From positions 14,283 to 78,282 of the forward strand of contig CAXTLR010000014.1 in assembly GCA_964245195.1 (NCBI GenBank): DNA of 64,000 nucleotides. Direction: 5' to 3'. Both the position numbers and the translations under genes were made by a program. The DNA comes from an uncultured Acidobacteriaceae bacterium (GTDB taxonomy: Bacteria; Acidobacteriota; Terriglobia; Terriglobales; Acidobacteriaceae). Each line of letters starts with the position of its first letter. Positions within the stretch are counted from its first letter, which is position 1. A model generated the notes under the pieces. It had not been told where the DNA came from. It did no database searches and worked only from the letters and a program-made list of their open reading frames with translations. This document shows, in pieces, positions 8,876 to 17,911 of the stretch.

Positions 8876-9811
8876 TTAGAGTTCCACGGCTGCTGGGATG
8901 GCCTCCAGGACGCGGGTCTTCGAGTGCACGGTCAGGGTGAAGGCGGCGGCGAGGATGAGCCCGCCGCCGGCCCAGGCGCTGAGGCCGAGGTAGTCGTGCA
9001 GTACGGCGACGCCCAGAATGGAGCCCATCAGCGGCTCCATGTTGAGCAGCACGCCGGCCTGCGAGGCGGGGACCTGGGTCATGCCCCAATTCCAGAGCAG
9101 GGTGGATGTGGAGGTGCAGAGGACGCCGCTGCCAACGAGCGCCCACCAGGCCGGGGCAGAGATGTGCGCGACCGGCGGCCAGCCAAAGCCGAGCAGGACG
9201 ATGGGGACCAGCATCAGCGTGCCGGCGAACCCGCCGTAGGCAGTGATGACGAGGGCGGAGTGGCGCTGCATGAGGTGCTTGTTCAGCAGAATCCAGAAGA
9301 GGGCGATGATCAGCGAGAGGACGACGAGCAGATCGCCGGCGAGCGAGGGGCCTCCGGTGTGGCTGCCAGAGCGGTGTCCGCCGAGGGCGATTAGGGCGGC
9401 GCCGGTTGTCGAGCCAGCCAGCGCGATCCAGCCGACCGAGTCCATGCGCTCGTGGGCGAAGGCAGCGGCGCCCACAGCGAGAATGACGGGCATGGTGCCG
9501 ACCATGAGCGAGGCGTGGCTGACGGTCGTCAGGGACAAGCCGTAGAACTGGATGAGGAACTGCAGCGGCACGCCAAGAAACGAGCCGACGAGGAGCAGAC
9601 GCCACTCGCGGCGGTTGAGGCGCGGCTTGTGGGTGAAGAGCACAGGCAGGAAGGCGAGCGAGGCGAAAAAGAAGCGGTAGAAGACCATGGCGCCGACGTT
9701 CATCTCGGCAAGGGCAATTTTGCCGAAGAAGAAGCCACAGCCCCAGAAGGAACTGGCCAGGGCGCAGGCGGCGAAGCCCAGGCCGCGCCGCTTGGAGGGT
9801 GAGGGTGGCAT
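8876..9811 (-). CDS. EamA/DMT family transporter
   Basis: About ten TM segments in two repeats (FWGCGF, YGLSLTTVSHA, LLNMEP). Likely start is ATG 9811. Confidence 0.9.
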   Translation of the reverse strand: MPPSPSKRRGLGFAACALASSFWGCGFFFGKIALAEMNVGAMVFYRFFFASLAFLPVLFTHKPRLNRREWRLLLVGSFLGVPLQFLIQFYGLSLTTVSHASLMVGTMPVILAVGAAAFAHERMDSVGWIALAGSTTGAALIALGGHRSGSHTGGPSLAGDLLVVLSLIIALFWILLNKHLMQRHSALVITAYGGFAGTLMLVPIVLLGFGWPPVAHISAPAWWALVGSGVLCTSTSTLLWNWGMTQVPASQAGVLLNMEPLMGSILGVAVLHDYLGLSAWAGGGLILAAAFTLTVHSKTRVLEAIPAAVEL

Positions 9812-9841
9812 TATTTTACTGTCGCACAGGAGGGTCACCTT

Positions 9842-9888
9842 CCCCTCTCAGCCGCAATGAGACTGCGGCGAAGAGGGGGCACCCGGAG
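9842..9888 (+). repeat. REP-like hairpin element with GGGGCACCCGGAG tail
   Basis: CCCCTCT-ca-GCCGCA-atgagac-TGCGGC-ga-AGAGGGG followed by GCACCCGGAG. The 13-nt tail is identical to the copy at 44015-44027 (reverse strand). Confidence 0.6.
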
Positions 9889-9922
9889 CTTCGTGCCAGA
9901 ATCACGACACGTGTAGGGTTGA

Positions 9923-11986
9923 CTACCAAACGCGGCAGCTCTTCGCAGGGACCATGGGCGCGCCTTGTTTGCAGGAAAAAGCTCCGGCGAAGCCTGGCTG
10001 GTTGACGAGCGGGCCGTCGACACGGAAGTGGTTGGGAGCATGCGGGTCGGTCTGGGCGCGCAGGCGCAGGCTTTCCGGACGATCGTTGCTGCACCAGTTC
10101 TGGGCATAGGCGATGTAGAAGCGCTGCGAGCCGGTGTAGCCGTCTGTCTTCGCGCCGATGTCTTCGTGGTTCTGTTTGGCGCGGTCGAGGTAGGCCATGT
10201 AGGCCAGGAGCAGGCCTCCGTTGTCCGCGGTGTTTTCGCCCAGGGTGAGCTTGCCGTTGACGTGGACGTCATCCACGGCCACGAACTTGCTGTACTCGTT
10301 CGAGAGACAGTCGGTTTTGACTTCGAACTTCTTCGTGTCTTCCGGGGTCCACCAGTCGCTCAGGTTTCCCCTGGCGTCGAACTTCTTGCCTTCGTCGTCG
10401 AAGCCGTGGGTAAGCTCATGGCCAATGACGGCGCCGATGTGGCCGTAATTGACGGCATCGTCGGATTTAGGGTCGTAGAAGTTAGGCTGCAGGATGCCAG
10501 CGGGAAAGTTGATGTCGTTCATGCTGGCGTCGTAGTAGGCGTTGACGGTAGGCGGCGCCATGCCCCACTCGGTATGGTCGACAGGCTTGCCGATCTTGTT
10601 GAGCTGGCGATCATTCTCAAACGCATTCGCGCGAAGGGCATTGGTGACGGCATCGTCGGGCGTCACGGCAAGCGAGCTGTAGTCGCGCCAGTGATCGGGA
10701 TAGCCGATCTTGTTGGCGATGGCATGCAGCTTTTCTTTGGCGCGAACCTTGGTAGCTGGGCTCATCCAGTCGAGCTGGTCAAGGTCGGCCTCCATGGCGC
10801 GCTCAATGTCACCGACCATCTGCAGCACCTTGGCCTTGCTGTCGCCGGCAAAATACTGCTGGACGTAGACCTGGCCGAGCGCTTCGCCAAGCGCGCCGTC
10901 GACGGAGTTGCTGCAGCGCTTCCACTGCGGGGCCTGCTGCTCGGTGCCGTTGAGCTTGCGGCCGTAGAAATCGAAGTTCTCGCTATCGAAGCGTTTGGGC
11001 AGATGCCCGGCGACCGTGGTGAGCAGGTGGTAGCGGAAGTAGGCGCGCAAGGTCTCAATGTCGGTATTACGAACCAGCCGGATGAAGGCCGGGACGTAGC
11101 CGGGAACGGCGTCGTTGATCTCCGAAACGCGCGGGGAGTGAATGTTCTCCTCAAACTGACCGAAGAGCCCCATCGGGAACTGGCCGGACACCTGCGCGAT
11201 GGGCACGAGATGGTAGACCTTCTCCGGGTCGCGGCGCTCGGTGACACCGAGGCTGGCGCGGGCGAGCTCGGTCTCGAAGCGGAGGATACCAGCCGCCTCT
11301 TTCTGGGCCTGCCCGGCGGGCTCGCCGGCAAGCGAGAGCATGGTCGCCACGTGGGCGACGTAGTCCTTGCGCAACTGCTCGTCTTTCGCTCCGGTGCGTG
11401 TGTAGTAGTCCTTTTCGGGCAGGCCGAGCCCGCCCTGGTCGACGACAGCGATCTGCTTCGAGGCATCTTTGAAGTCCTGCTGCTCGCCATAGCTGAAGAA
11501 CACGTCGACGCTGATGCGCTGCAGGCGGCCGGTGAGCCCGGCAAGCGAGAGCAGGGAGAGCGAGTCGATCTGTTTGAGCAGCGGCTCGATCGGGCGAAGG
11601 CCGTCTCGCTCGATGGCGGCAGTATCCATGCAGGCGTGGTAATAGTCGCCGATCTTCTGTTCGTTGGGCGTGCGCGAGGCGCCTCCGGCGGCGGACTTTT
11701 CAAGAATGCCGCTCAGCCTCTGCGTGTTCACGTTGTACAGGTTATAGAAGCCGTTGGTGCCGGCCTGGTCAGCAGGGATGGGGTGACTGGCGGTGTAGTT
11801 GCCGCAGGCGAACTGGTAGAAGTCCTGGCAGGGGTCGGCCTTGGCGTCAATCGAACCGAGGTCGAAGCTGGGTGTGGGCGTGTAGGTCACGTTCGTCGAG
11901 GTGGTGGGGGTTCCCTGCTGAGCGATCGCCGCGCCAGAGGCGAGGACAGCCAGGGAAAGTGAGATCGCGGTCAATCTTGCTTGCAT
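9923..11986 (-). CDS. M13 family metallopeptidase (neprilysin/PepO-like), secreted
   Basis: Motifs DPCQDFYQFACG, VNAYY, GHELTHGFDDEG and GENTADNGG. The signal peptide starts at ATG 11986. Confidence 0.95.
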   Translation of the reverse strand: MQARLTAISLSLAVLASGAAIAQQGTPTTSTNVTYTPTPSFDLGSIDAKADPCQDFYQFACGNYTASHPIPADQAGTNGFYNLYNVNTQRLSGILEKSAAGGASRTPNEQKIGDYYHACMDTAAIERDGLRPIEPLLKQIDSLSLLSLAGLTGRLQRISVDVFFSYGEQQDFKDASKQIAVVDQGGLGLPEKDYYTRTGAKDEQLRKDYVAHVATMLSLAGEPAGQAQKEAAGILRFETELARASLGVTERRDPEKVYHLVPIAQVSGQFPMGLFGQFEENIHSPRVSEINDAVPGYVPAFIRLVRNTDIETLRAYFRYHLLTTVAGHLPKRFDSENFDFYGRKLNGTEQQAPQWKRCSNSVDGALGEALGQVYVQQYFAGDSKAKVLQMVGDIERAMEADLDQLDWMSPATKVRAKEKLHAIANKIGYPDHWRDYSSLAVTPDDAVTNALRANAFENDRQLNKIGKPVDHTEWGMAPPTVNAYYDASMNDINFPAGILQPNFYDPKSDDAVNYGHIGAVIGHELTHGFDDEGKKFDARGNLSDWWTPEDTKKFEVKTDCLSNEYSKFVAVDDVHVNGKLTLGENTADNGGLLLAYMAYLDRAKQNHEDIGAKTDGYTGSQRFYIAYAQNWCSNDRPESLRLRAQTDPHAPNHFRVDGPLVNQPGFAGAFSCKQGAPMVPAKSCRVW

Positions 11987-12160
11987 GCTTATCAAAAACC
12001 TCGTGAAGCTGCTCGATCTCGACGCCAAACGCCGGCAGAACACGGCACGGAGCGGATTGCCGCCGACGTTCGTCTATGAAAGAGTAGATGAAGATCGGCG
12101 CCGGTGCTACGTTCCCGGGAAGTCTCCTCTTTCCCCCTCATCTGACTTTCGGATTGTGAA

Positions 12161-13777
12161 ATGGCACACATCAAAGTTCCTGCCTTCGCTCAGCGCACGC
12201 TCCGCCGCTCCCTCACTTTTTGCGCGTTGATGATGGCATCGGCGCTGGCCCTGGGGCCTCGCGCGGCTGGACCTGTCATCTCCTTGCCTATTGGGCCGCT
12301 AGGATTTCAGGCGGTGCCGTCGCGCATGCTGGCGGCTGGCGGGTCGATGTTTACGCTGCACTTCGTGGACAAAACGCACCTGCTGTTTACCTTCAACAAT
12401 CGCGGCCTGCTAAAACGCATGCCGGATGCAACGCCTGAAGATGACGACCGCAACGTGACGGCGCTGCTGCTGGAGCTGCCCGCGGGCAAGGTGCTGGCAC
12501 GCACCGAGTGGCGTACGCGCGACCGCGAGCAGTACCTCTGGCCGCTCTCGCACGGGCGGTTTCTGCTGCGGGTGCGGACGCACCTGACGGTAATCGACCC
12601 GCTGGCCAATCTGCCGAAGGAAGAGGCGTTCCGCGAGCAGCCGTTTCTGGATTTCAAGCGGCGGATTGGCTATATCTCGGTTTCGCCCGGCGCAGACCTG
12701 CTGACCATCGAGACGATCCCTCCGCGGCACCAGATCGACGATGGTGGCGGGCCGGCGCAGGGTGCGCAGGCGCTGCAGTCGCGGACGCAGGCTCCGGCCC
12801 AGGCAGGCGCGGCGGGAAGTGCGGCTCCGCCGAAGCTGAGTGCGCCGCCGGCCGTGGAGTTCTCCTCCGAGCGCGCCGGTTTGCCGCCGGTCGACCTGCA
12901 CTTCTATCGCCTGGGCGTCGAGGAAGGTCCGGGAGGAACGGAGCGCGTCTCGGCGCGGGCGGCGGGGGTACTCGGGGCCCGCGGTCTGATCAGCATTCCG
13001 GCCACGGCGGACGGGTTTCTCGATGCGATCAAAGAATCGCCGGGTGTATATGACTTCGACTTTTTCTCGCATACAGGCAAGAAGGTCGAGCTGTCACCGT
13101 ATGACACGACGTGCGCGCCGCGTCCGTATTTCATAAGCGCCAGCGAGTTCGTTGCTTTTGGCTGCCATGGCGGGACGGATCGGATGCTGCTGAGCGGATT
13201 CAATCTGCGTGGCGAGGAGCCGTGGGTGCAGGCGCTCTCCGGCCAGTACATTGCGCCATACCTGGTTGCGGCTCCGGCGGCAGGCCGATTTGCCTTCAGC
13301 CGCGTGCTGGTGTCGAGCAGCTACTACGATCCGGACAACATCCTTCCGGAGGAGCTGAACGCCCAGGAGGTTACGGTGTTGCAGCATCATGACGGGCGTC
13401 TGCTGCTGAAGGTACAGCCATCGCCCATTCAACGTGCGGGGCAGAACTTCGACTTATCGCCGGACGGGATGGCGCTCGCCGTGCTGCGCGCAGGCAATAT
13501 CGAGGTGTACCGGCTGGGATCGCTTTCGGCTCAGGATCAGCGCGCGATTGAGGCAGCGGCCAAGAACGCGCCGGAGCGGAACGAGGCGCAAGTGCGATTG
13601 AAATCAACGCCGCTGGCTCCGGGGCGGGCAGAGGAATCGCCAGCGGTGACGGTGGCGGCGCGACCTGCGGGCGGTACGCTCGGGGCGGCTCCACAGGCGG
13701 AGAGCGCACCGGAGGGGGCTGAGCCGGAGCGGAAGCCGCCTTCGCTGTACAGTCCGGAGCATCCCAAGCAGCCATAG
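12161..13777 (+). CDS. Exported hypothetical protein, probable beta-propeller
   Basis: 538-aa ORF with a hydrophobic N-terminus, beta-rich blades (NFDLSPDGMALAV) and a Pro/Ala-rich tail. Confidence 0.7.
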   Translation: MAHIKVPAFAQRTLRRSLTFCALMMASALALGPRAAGPVISLPIGPLGFQAVPSRMLAAGGSMFTLHFVDKTHLLFTFNNRGLLKRMPDATPEDDDRNVTALLLELPAGKVLARTEWRTRDREQYLWPLSHGRFLLRVRTHLTVIDPLANLPKEEAFREQPFLDFKRRIGYISVSPGADLLTIETIPPRHQIDDGGGPAQGAQALQSRTQAPAQAGAAGSAAPPKLSAPPAVEFSSERAGLPPVDLHFYRLGVEEGPGGTERVSARAAGVLGARGLISIPATADGFLDAIKESPGVYDFDFFSHTGKKVELSPYDTTCAPRPYFISASEFVAFGCHGGTDRMLLSGFNLRGEEPWVQALSGQYIAPYLVAAPAAGRFAFSRVLVSSSYYDPDNILPEELNAQEVTVLQHHDGRLLLKVQPSPIQRAGQNFDLSPDGMALAVLRAGNIEVYRLGSLSAQDQRAIEAAAKNAPERNEAQVRLKSTPLAPGRAEESPAVTVAARPAGGTLGAAPQAESAPEGAEPERKPPSLYSPEHPKQP

Positions 13778-13861
13778 CTACCTCGCGGCAAATCAGAGCC
13801 TGGTCTGCGGCGAAGAAGCACAACTCAGGCCGGAAGAGCTATAGCTGGCCGCAGAACTGCT

Positions 13862-14143
13862 CTATGCGGCTTTTTTGCCTTGAATGGCCGCTTTGACACG
13901 AGCGTTCAGACGGCTCTTGTAGCGGCTGGCGGTGTTCTTGTGCAGCACGCCCTTCTGCACGCTCTTGTCGAGCAGCGACGCGGTCGAGCTGTAGACCGCC
14001 ATCAGGTTCTGCGTTTCGCCCTTGAGGATCGCCTCACGCAGCGTGCGCAGCGTGCCGCGGAGCTTTGAGCGGTTGGAGCGGTTGTGGGCCGTCTTCGTGA
14101 CGGTCTGACGCGCGCGCTTCAGCGAGGAAACATGATTTGCCAT
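13862..14143 (-). CDS. rpsT: 30S ribosomal protein S20
   Basis: [14 protein letters not shown]...NRSKLR...[16 protein letters not shown]. The true start is ATG 14143; the ORF track over-extends it. Confidence 0.97.
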   Translation of the reverse strand: MANHVSSLKRARQTVTKTAHNRSNRSKLRGTLRTLREAILKGETQNLMAVYSSTASLLDKSVQKGVLHKNTASRYKSRLNARVKAAIQGKKAA

Positions 14144-14258
14144 GGAAACTCTCTTCTCTATAGACCGGCGGCTAGACAACGAGACGCGCACGGTGAAAAT
14201 GGGTGCAGGACTTGAGACAGCGTGAACATAGCCCCGAGGCACTTCCCTGCAACTTCTA

Positions 14259-14287
14259 AGTCTACGGATGTCCTCAGCTTCGGTCAA
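14259..14287 (-). promoter_or_regulatory. Sigma70 promoter of rpsT
   Basis: Minus strand reads TTGACC (14287-14282), 17 bp, TAGACT (14264-14259). Confidence 0.7.
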
Positions 14288-14331
14288 CGTGGATCTGCGG
14301 CCGGCCGGATTTCGTAACCTGAAATCCACCC

Positions 14332-14360
14332 TTGACGGCGGCGTTCGGAAGTTCTACTCT
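14332..14360 (+). promoter_or_regulatory. Sigma70 promoter of phoH operon
   Basis: TTGACG (14332-14337), 17 bp, TACTCT (14355-14360). Confidence 0.7.
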
Positions 14361-14536
14361 CCAACCATTATCGGCACCCGTTCGGTACGGCTTACCAGCC
14401 CGGTCGCAGCCACAAGACACCTCCCCGGTGTCTTACACGTTCCGCCCTGCATCGCCCCTTGTTCCCCCACAACCAATCCACAGCGCACCTGCTCGGGTGC
14501 CAACCTGTTTTACCCTGACGGAGGTCAGACACCCGC

Positions 14537-15577
14537 TTGACGAAAAAAACTCTCGAAATCACCCCAGGGATCGAGCCCCTCTATGGAACCCGCGACGGGA
14601 ATCTTCGCCTGTTAGAGGATGGATTGCACGTCACGATCGACCTCCGCTCCGACGCCATTCATATCTGTGGTGAAGAGGCTCCGGTCGCTCGCGCAGCCCA
14701 GGTCTTCGCCGATTTCGACTCGCTTCGGCGCTCGGGCGTGACGCTGCAGAATGGCGAACTGCATGGCTTGCTGAAGCTGGTGGTGGCCGACCCGTATGCG
14801 ACGCTGCGGCAGCTCGTCGATCAGGGCAAGCAGCGGTCAGCCGGGGTGAAGCGCATGGTCCAGCCGCGCTCGCCCAACCAGAAGAAGTATGTGGAAGCAA
14901 TTGAAGCCAACGACATGACGTTCGGCATCGGGCCGGCGGGTACGGGCAAGACCTACCTGGCTGTGGCGATGGCCGTCTCGGCGCTGCTGGCCAAGAAGGT
15001 GTCGCGCATCATCCTGGTGCGGCCGGCGGTCGAAGCTGGGGAGCGCCTGGGCTTTCTGCCGGGGTCATTGCAGGAGAAGGTCGATCCCTATCTGCGGCCG
15101 CTCTATGACGCGCTGTACGATTTGCTCGACCAGGAGAAGGTAGATAAGCTGCTCGAGCGCAACGTAATCGAGGTCGCTCCCCTGGCCTTTATGCGCGGAC
15201 GAACGTTGTCCGACGCCTTCATCATCATGGATGAGGCGCAGAACACCACGACCGAGCAGATGAAGATGTTTGTGACGCGCCTGGGCAACAATTCCAAGGC
15301 CGTCATCACCGGCGACCTGACCCAGACTGACCTGCCCAACCCGAAGAAGTCCGGGCTGCTTGAAGCACTGCATGTGCTGGACGGGGTGGAGGGTATCCGC
15401 TTCTGCCACTTCGAAGATGTCGACGTCGTCCGTCATCACCTCGTCCAGCGGATTGTGCGCGCCTATGACACTTACGGGCGCTCGCAACAGCCGCTGCCGT
15501 TGTCAATCGACGCGAGCCTGCCTGGCGCGCCGGGATCCTCGATGAACTCTCCGCACGCGGTCCCCAAACCGCAGTAA
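14537..15577 (+). CDS. phoH: PhoH family ATPase
   Basis: Motifs [37 protein letters not shown] and [13 protein letters not shown] start. Confidence 0.95.
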   Translation: MTKKTLEITPGIEPLYGTRDGNLRLLEDGLHVTIDLRSDAIHICGEEAPVARAAQVFADFDSLRRSGVTLQNGELHGLLKLVVADPYATLRQLVDQGKQRSAGVKRMVQPRSPNQKKYVEAIEANDMTFGIGPAGTGKTYLAVAMAVSALLAKKVSRIILVRPAVEAGERLGFLPGSLQEKVDPYLRPLYDALYDLLDQEKVDKLLERNVIEVAPLAFMRGRTLSDAFIIMDEAQNTTTEQMKMFVTRLGNNSKAVITGDLTQTDLPNPKKSGLLEALHVLDGVEGIRFCHFEDVDVVRHHLVQRIVRAYDTYGRSQQPLPLSIDASLPGAPGSSMNSPHAVPKPQ

Positions 15578-15639
15578 CGTTCCGCAAAATGCGCTATGAT
15601 CGGGAGGAACGGAGGCCACACAGGCGTCTGTTCCTCCCG

Positions 15640-16119
15640 ATGATTACCATCGACCCCCCAAGTAGTCCGCTTGCGCTCGAAGCCCTCTCCACTCTCAGCC
15701 GGTCTGGTCTCTCGCGGTTCTTAAATCGTGCCTGCGCGGCTGTCGCTCTCGAAGGCTCGGTAGAGGTTTTATTGACCTCGGACACTGAGGTGCGCCGCCT
15801 GAATCGCACCTTTCGCAGGAAGAACAAAGCCACCGATGTGCTCAGCTTTCCCGCGCCCCGGGAAGCGGAGGGCATGGCCGGAGACCTGGCCATTTCGCTC
15901 GACACCGCCGCGCGCCAGGCTGCCGAGCACGGCCACACGCTTCGCGATGAGCTGCGTATTCTGCTGCTGCATGGTCTGCTGCACCTGGCCGGGGAAGATC
16001 ACGAAACCGACTCCGGCGAGATGGCCGCGCGCGAAGGCGAGCTGCGCGGACAGCTGAAACTGCGCTCCGGTCTGATTGGACGAACGTACTCGAAACACAA
16101 GACAGGAAAGGGTTTATGA
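15640..16119 (+). CDS. ybeY: rRNA maturation endoribonuclease YbeY
   Basis: Motifs LNRTFRRKNKATDVLSF, GDLAIS and HGLLHLAGEDHE. Confidence 0.95.
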   Translation: MITIDPPSSPLALEALSTLSRSGLSRFLNRACAAVALEGSVEVLLTSDTEVRRLNRTFRRKNKATDVLSFPAPREAEGMAGDLAISLDTAARQAAEHGHTLRDELRILLLHGLLHLAGEDHETDSGEMAAREGELRGQLKLRSGLIGRTYSKHKTGKGL

Positions 16120-17486
16120 CGGCTCTCGAAGTCGTGCTACTGGCCGCGCTGCTGGTTGTCCTAACGTTGGCCGCGTATGTGGATCGTATTTACTCCGAGA
16201 TGGGCAAATTCCTGGCGCGTGAGTACCAGGACAACATCGACAGCTGGGAGAAGCTTGTGGAGCCGAGCTTTCGGCTGGGGCGCGAGTCGACCGCGCAGTC
16301 AGCCTCGGTGCTACGGCAGCTGACGCTGGCTGGGCTCGCGCTGCTTTCAGGCATGCGGCTGTACCGGGCCGGATCGCCTCCCTGGAGTGAGATCGGGATT
16401 GCGATCTTCGAGCTGATCCTGCTGATCCTGATCTTCGACCGGCTGATTCCGCAGGTGCTGTTCGTACGCACGGAAGGCAATTGGGTGTCGCGGATCCGCT
16501 ATCTGCTGCAGGCGCTTTTCTATGTGATTTTGCCGGTGACGCTGCTGCTGGGGCTGCTGCTGTCCATCGTCGCGCTGGCCGAGGCGGAGGACAAGGAGGA
16601 AGACGAGCATCCGTCCGAGGCCATGGATGCGCTGCTCGAGGCAGGTGAAGAGGAGGGCATTCTCGAGGAGTCGGATCGTGAGCTGGTGCGTTCGGTGGTC
16701 GAGTTCGGCGACAAGGTGACGCGAGAGGTGATGACGCCGCGACCAGAGATCTTTGCCGTGCCGGACACGCTGACGCTCAAGGAGTTCACGGCAGAGATTG
16801 AGAAGCACGTCTTCTCACGAGTACCTGTCTTCCACGAGTCGCTGGACAACATTACGGGCATCGCGTTTGCGCATGACCTTTTGCAGGTTACGGATGAAGA
16901 TGCCGAGACGCTGACCGTCGAGCGAATGCAGCGCTCGGCAGTGTTCGTTCCCGAGACCAAGATGGTGGCTGAGTTGTTGCGCGAGATGCAGTCCGAGAAG
17001 CAGCATATGCGGATCGTCATCGACGAATACGGCCTGGTTGCGGGAGTGGTGACGATTGAGGATCTGCTGGAGGCGATCGTCGGCAACATCGCCGATGAGC
17101 ACGATGAGCCGCAGGCCGACGATGCTCCGGTGCGTGAGTCGAACGGCGCCTACGTGGTGTCCGGAACGTTTGAGCTTTCGCGACTGCGCGAGTTGTTTGC
17201 CGACCAGACTGCCGGGAGCCGTGTCCCAGGCGAAGAGGCACAATCGACGGCAGAGCAGGAGTGGGAGCGCGCGGCACCGGCGGAACGCGAGGATCCCGCT
17301 GAGCTTCGGCTTCCGGAGCACTACGAGTCGACCACCGTGGGCGGCCTGGTCTCGGAACTGGCCGGGCATATTCCGCTACCGGGCGAGGTGGTGCAGGATG
17401 CGGGTCTGCGGCTGGAGGTACTGGCGAGTACCGATCGGCGGATTGACTCGATCCGGGTCAGCCTGCTTCCTGTCGCAGTCAGCTAA
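16116..17486 (+). CDS. Hemolysin/CorC family CBS-domain membrane protein
   Basis: N-terminal TM region, CBS pair (REVMTPR, FSRVPV, VIDEYG..AGVVTIEDLLE) and a C-terminal CorC domain (TTVGG). Translationally coupled to ybeY. Confidence 0.92.
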   Translation: MTALEVVLLAALLVVLTLAAYVDRIYSEMGKFLAREYQDNIDSWEKLVEPSFRLGRESTAQSASVLRQLTLAGLALLSGMRLYRAGSPPWSEIGIAIFELILLILIFDRLIPQVLFVRTEGNWVSRIRYLLQALFYVILPVTLLLGLLLSIVALAEAEDKEEDEHPSEAMDALLEAGEEEGILEESDRELVRSVVEFGDKVTREVMTPRPEIFAVPDTLTLKEFTAEIEKHVFSRVPVFHESLDNITGIAFAHDLLQVTDEDAETLTVERMQRSAVFVPETKMVAELLREMQSEKQHMRIVIDEYGLVAGVVTIEDLLEAIVGNIADEHDEPQADDAPVRESNGAYVVSGTFELSRLRELFADQTAGSRVPGEEAQSTAEQEWERAAPAEREDPAELRLPEHYESTTVGGLVSELAGHIPLPGEVVQDAGLRLEVLASTDRRIDSIRVSLLPVAVS

Positions 17487-17611
17487 GGCCGGAACGGAAG
17501 TGCCTGCTCTGAAATGAATGTGCTATTGTGTTCTGCACAAGCGCAAGGAAGGTTGCTCGCCGTCTGCGCGGCGAACCGAATCTACTCAAATCAGAGCAGG
17601 GAGATGAAGCG

Positions 17612-17869
17612 ATGTCTCAATTTGTAGGCAAGGTACGGTGGTTCAATCCCTCGAAAGGCTATGGATTCCTGGGCAGGGATGGCGGCTCGGATGTCTTTGT
17701 GCACTACACAGCCATCCAGAACGGAGATTTCCGGTCGATCAAGGAAGGCGAACCGGTGAGCTTCGATGTGACCGAGGGTGTGCAGGGTCCGCAGGCGGTG
17801 CAGGTGCATCGGCTGGAGCAGGCGCAACGGGCTGCGATCGATGTGAGTTCGGTCACGCCTTTGACCTAG
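17612..17869 (+). CDS. Cold-shock domain protein
   Basis: GKVRWFN, RNP1 KGYGFL and RNP2 VFVHY, with a short C-terminal extension. Confidence 0.9.
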   Translation: MSQFVGKVRWFNPSKGYGFLGRDGGSDVFVHYTAIQNGDFRSIKEGEPVSFDVTEGVQGPQAVQVHRLEQAQRAAIDVSSVTPLT

Positions 17870-17911
17870 GCAGCGGACACGCGCCCCGGAAGCGACGTAT
17901 GCTGAGGGAAG

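Noticed and set aside
9965-11962. 665-aa plus-strand ORF
   Set aside because: It is the antisense shadow of the M13 peptidase, expected from high-GC codon bias, and has no protein motifs.
13862-14329. N-terminal extensions in the ORF track (rpsT 14329, thrC 7535, ald 26481, kdsC 41170, egtB 54531, csp 17528)
   Set aside because: Family-typical N-termini, SD sequences or promoter positions indicate downstream starts.
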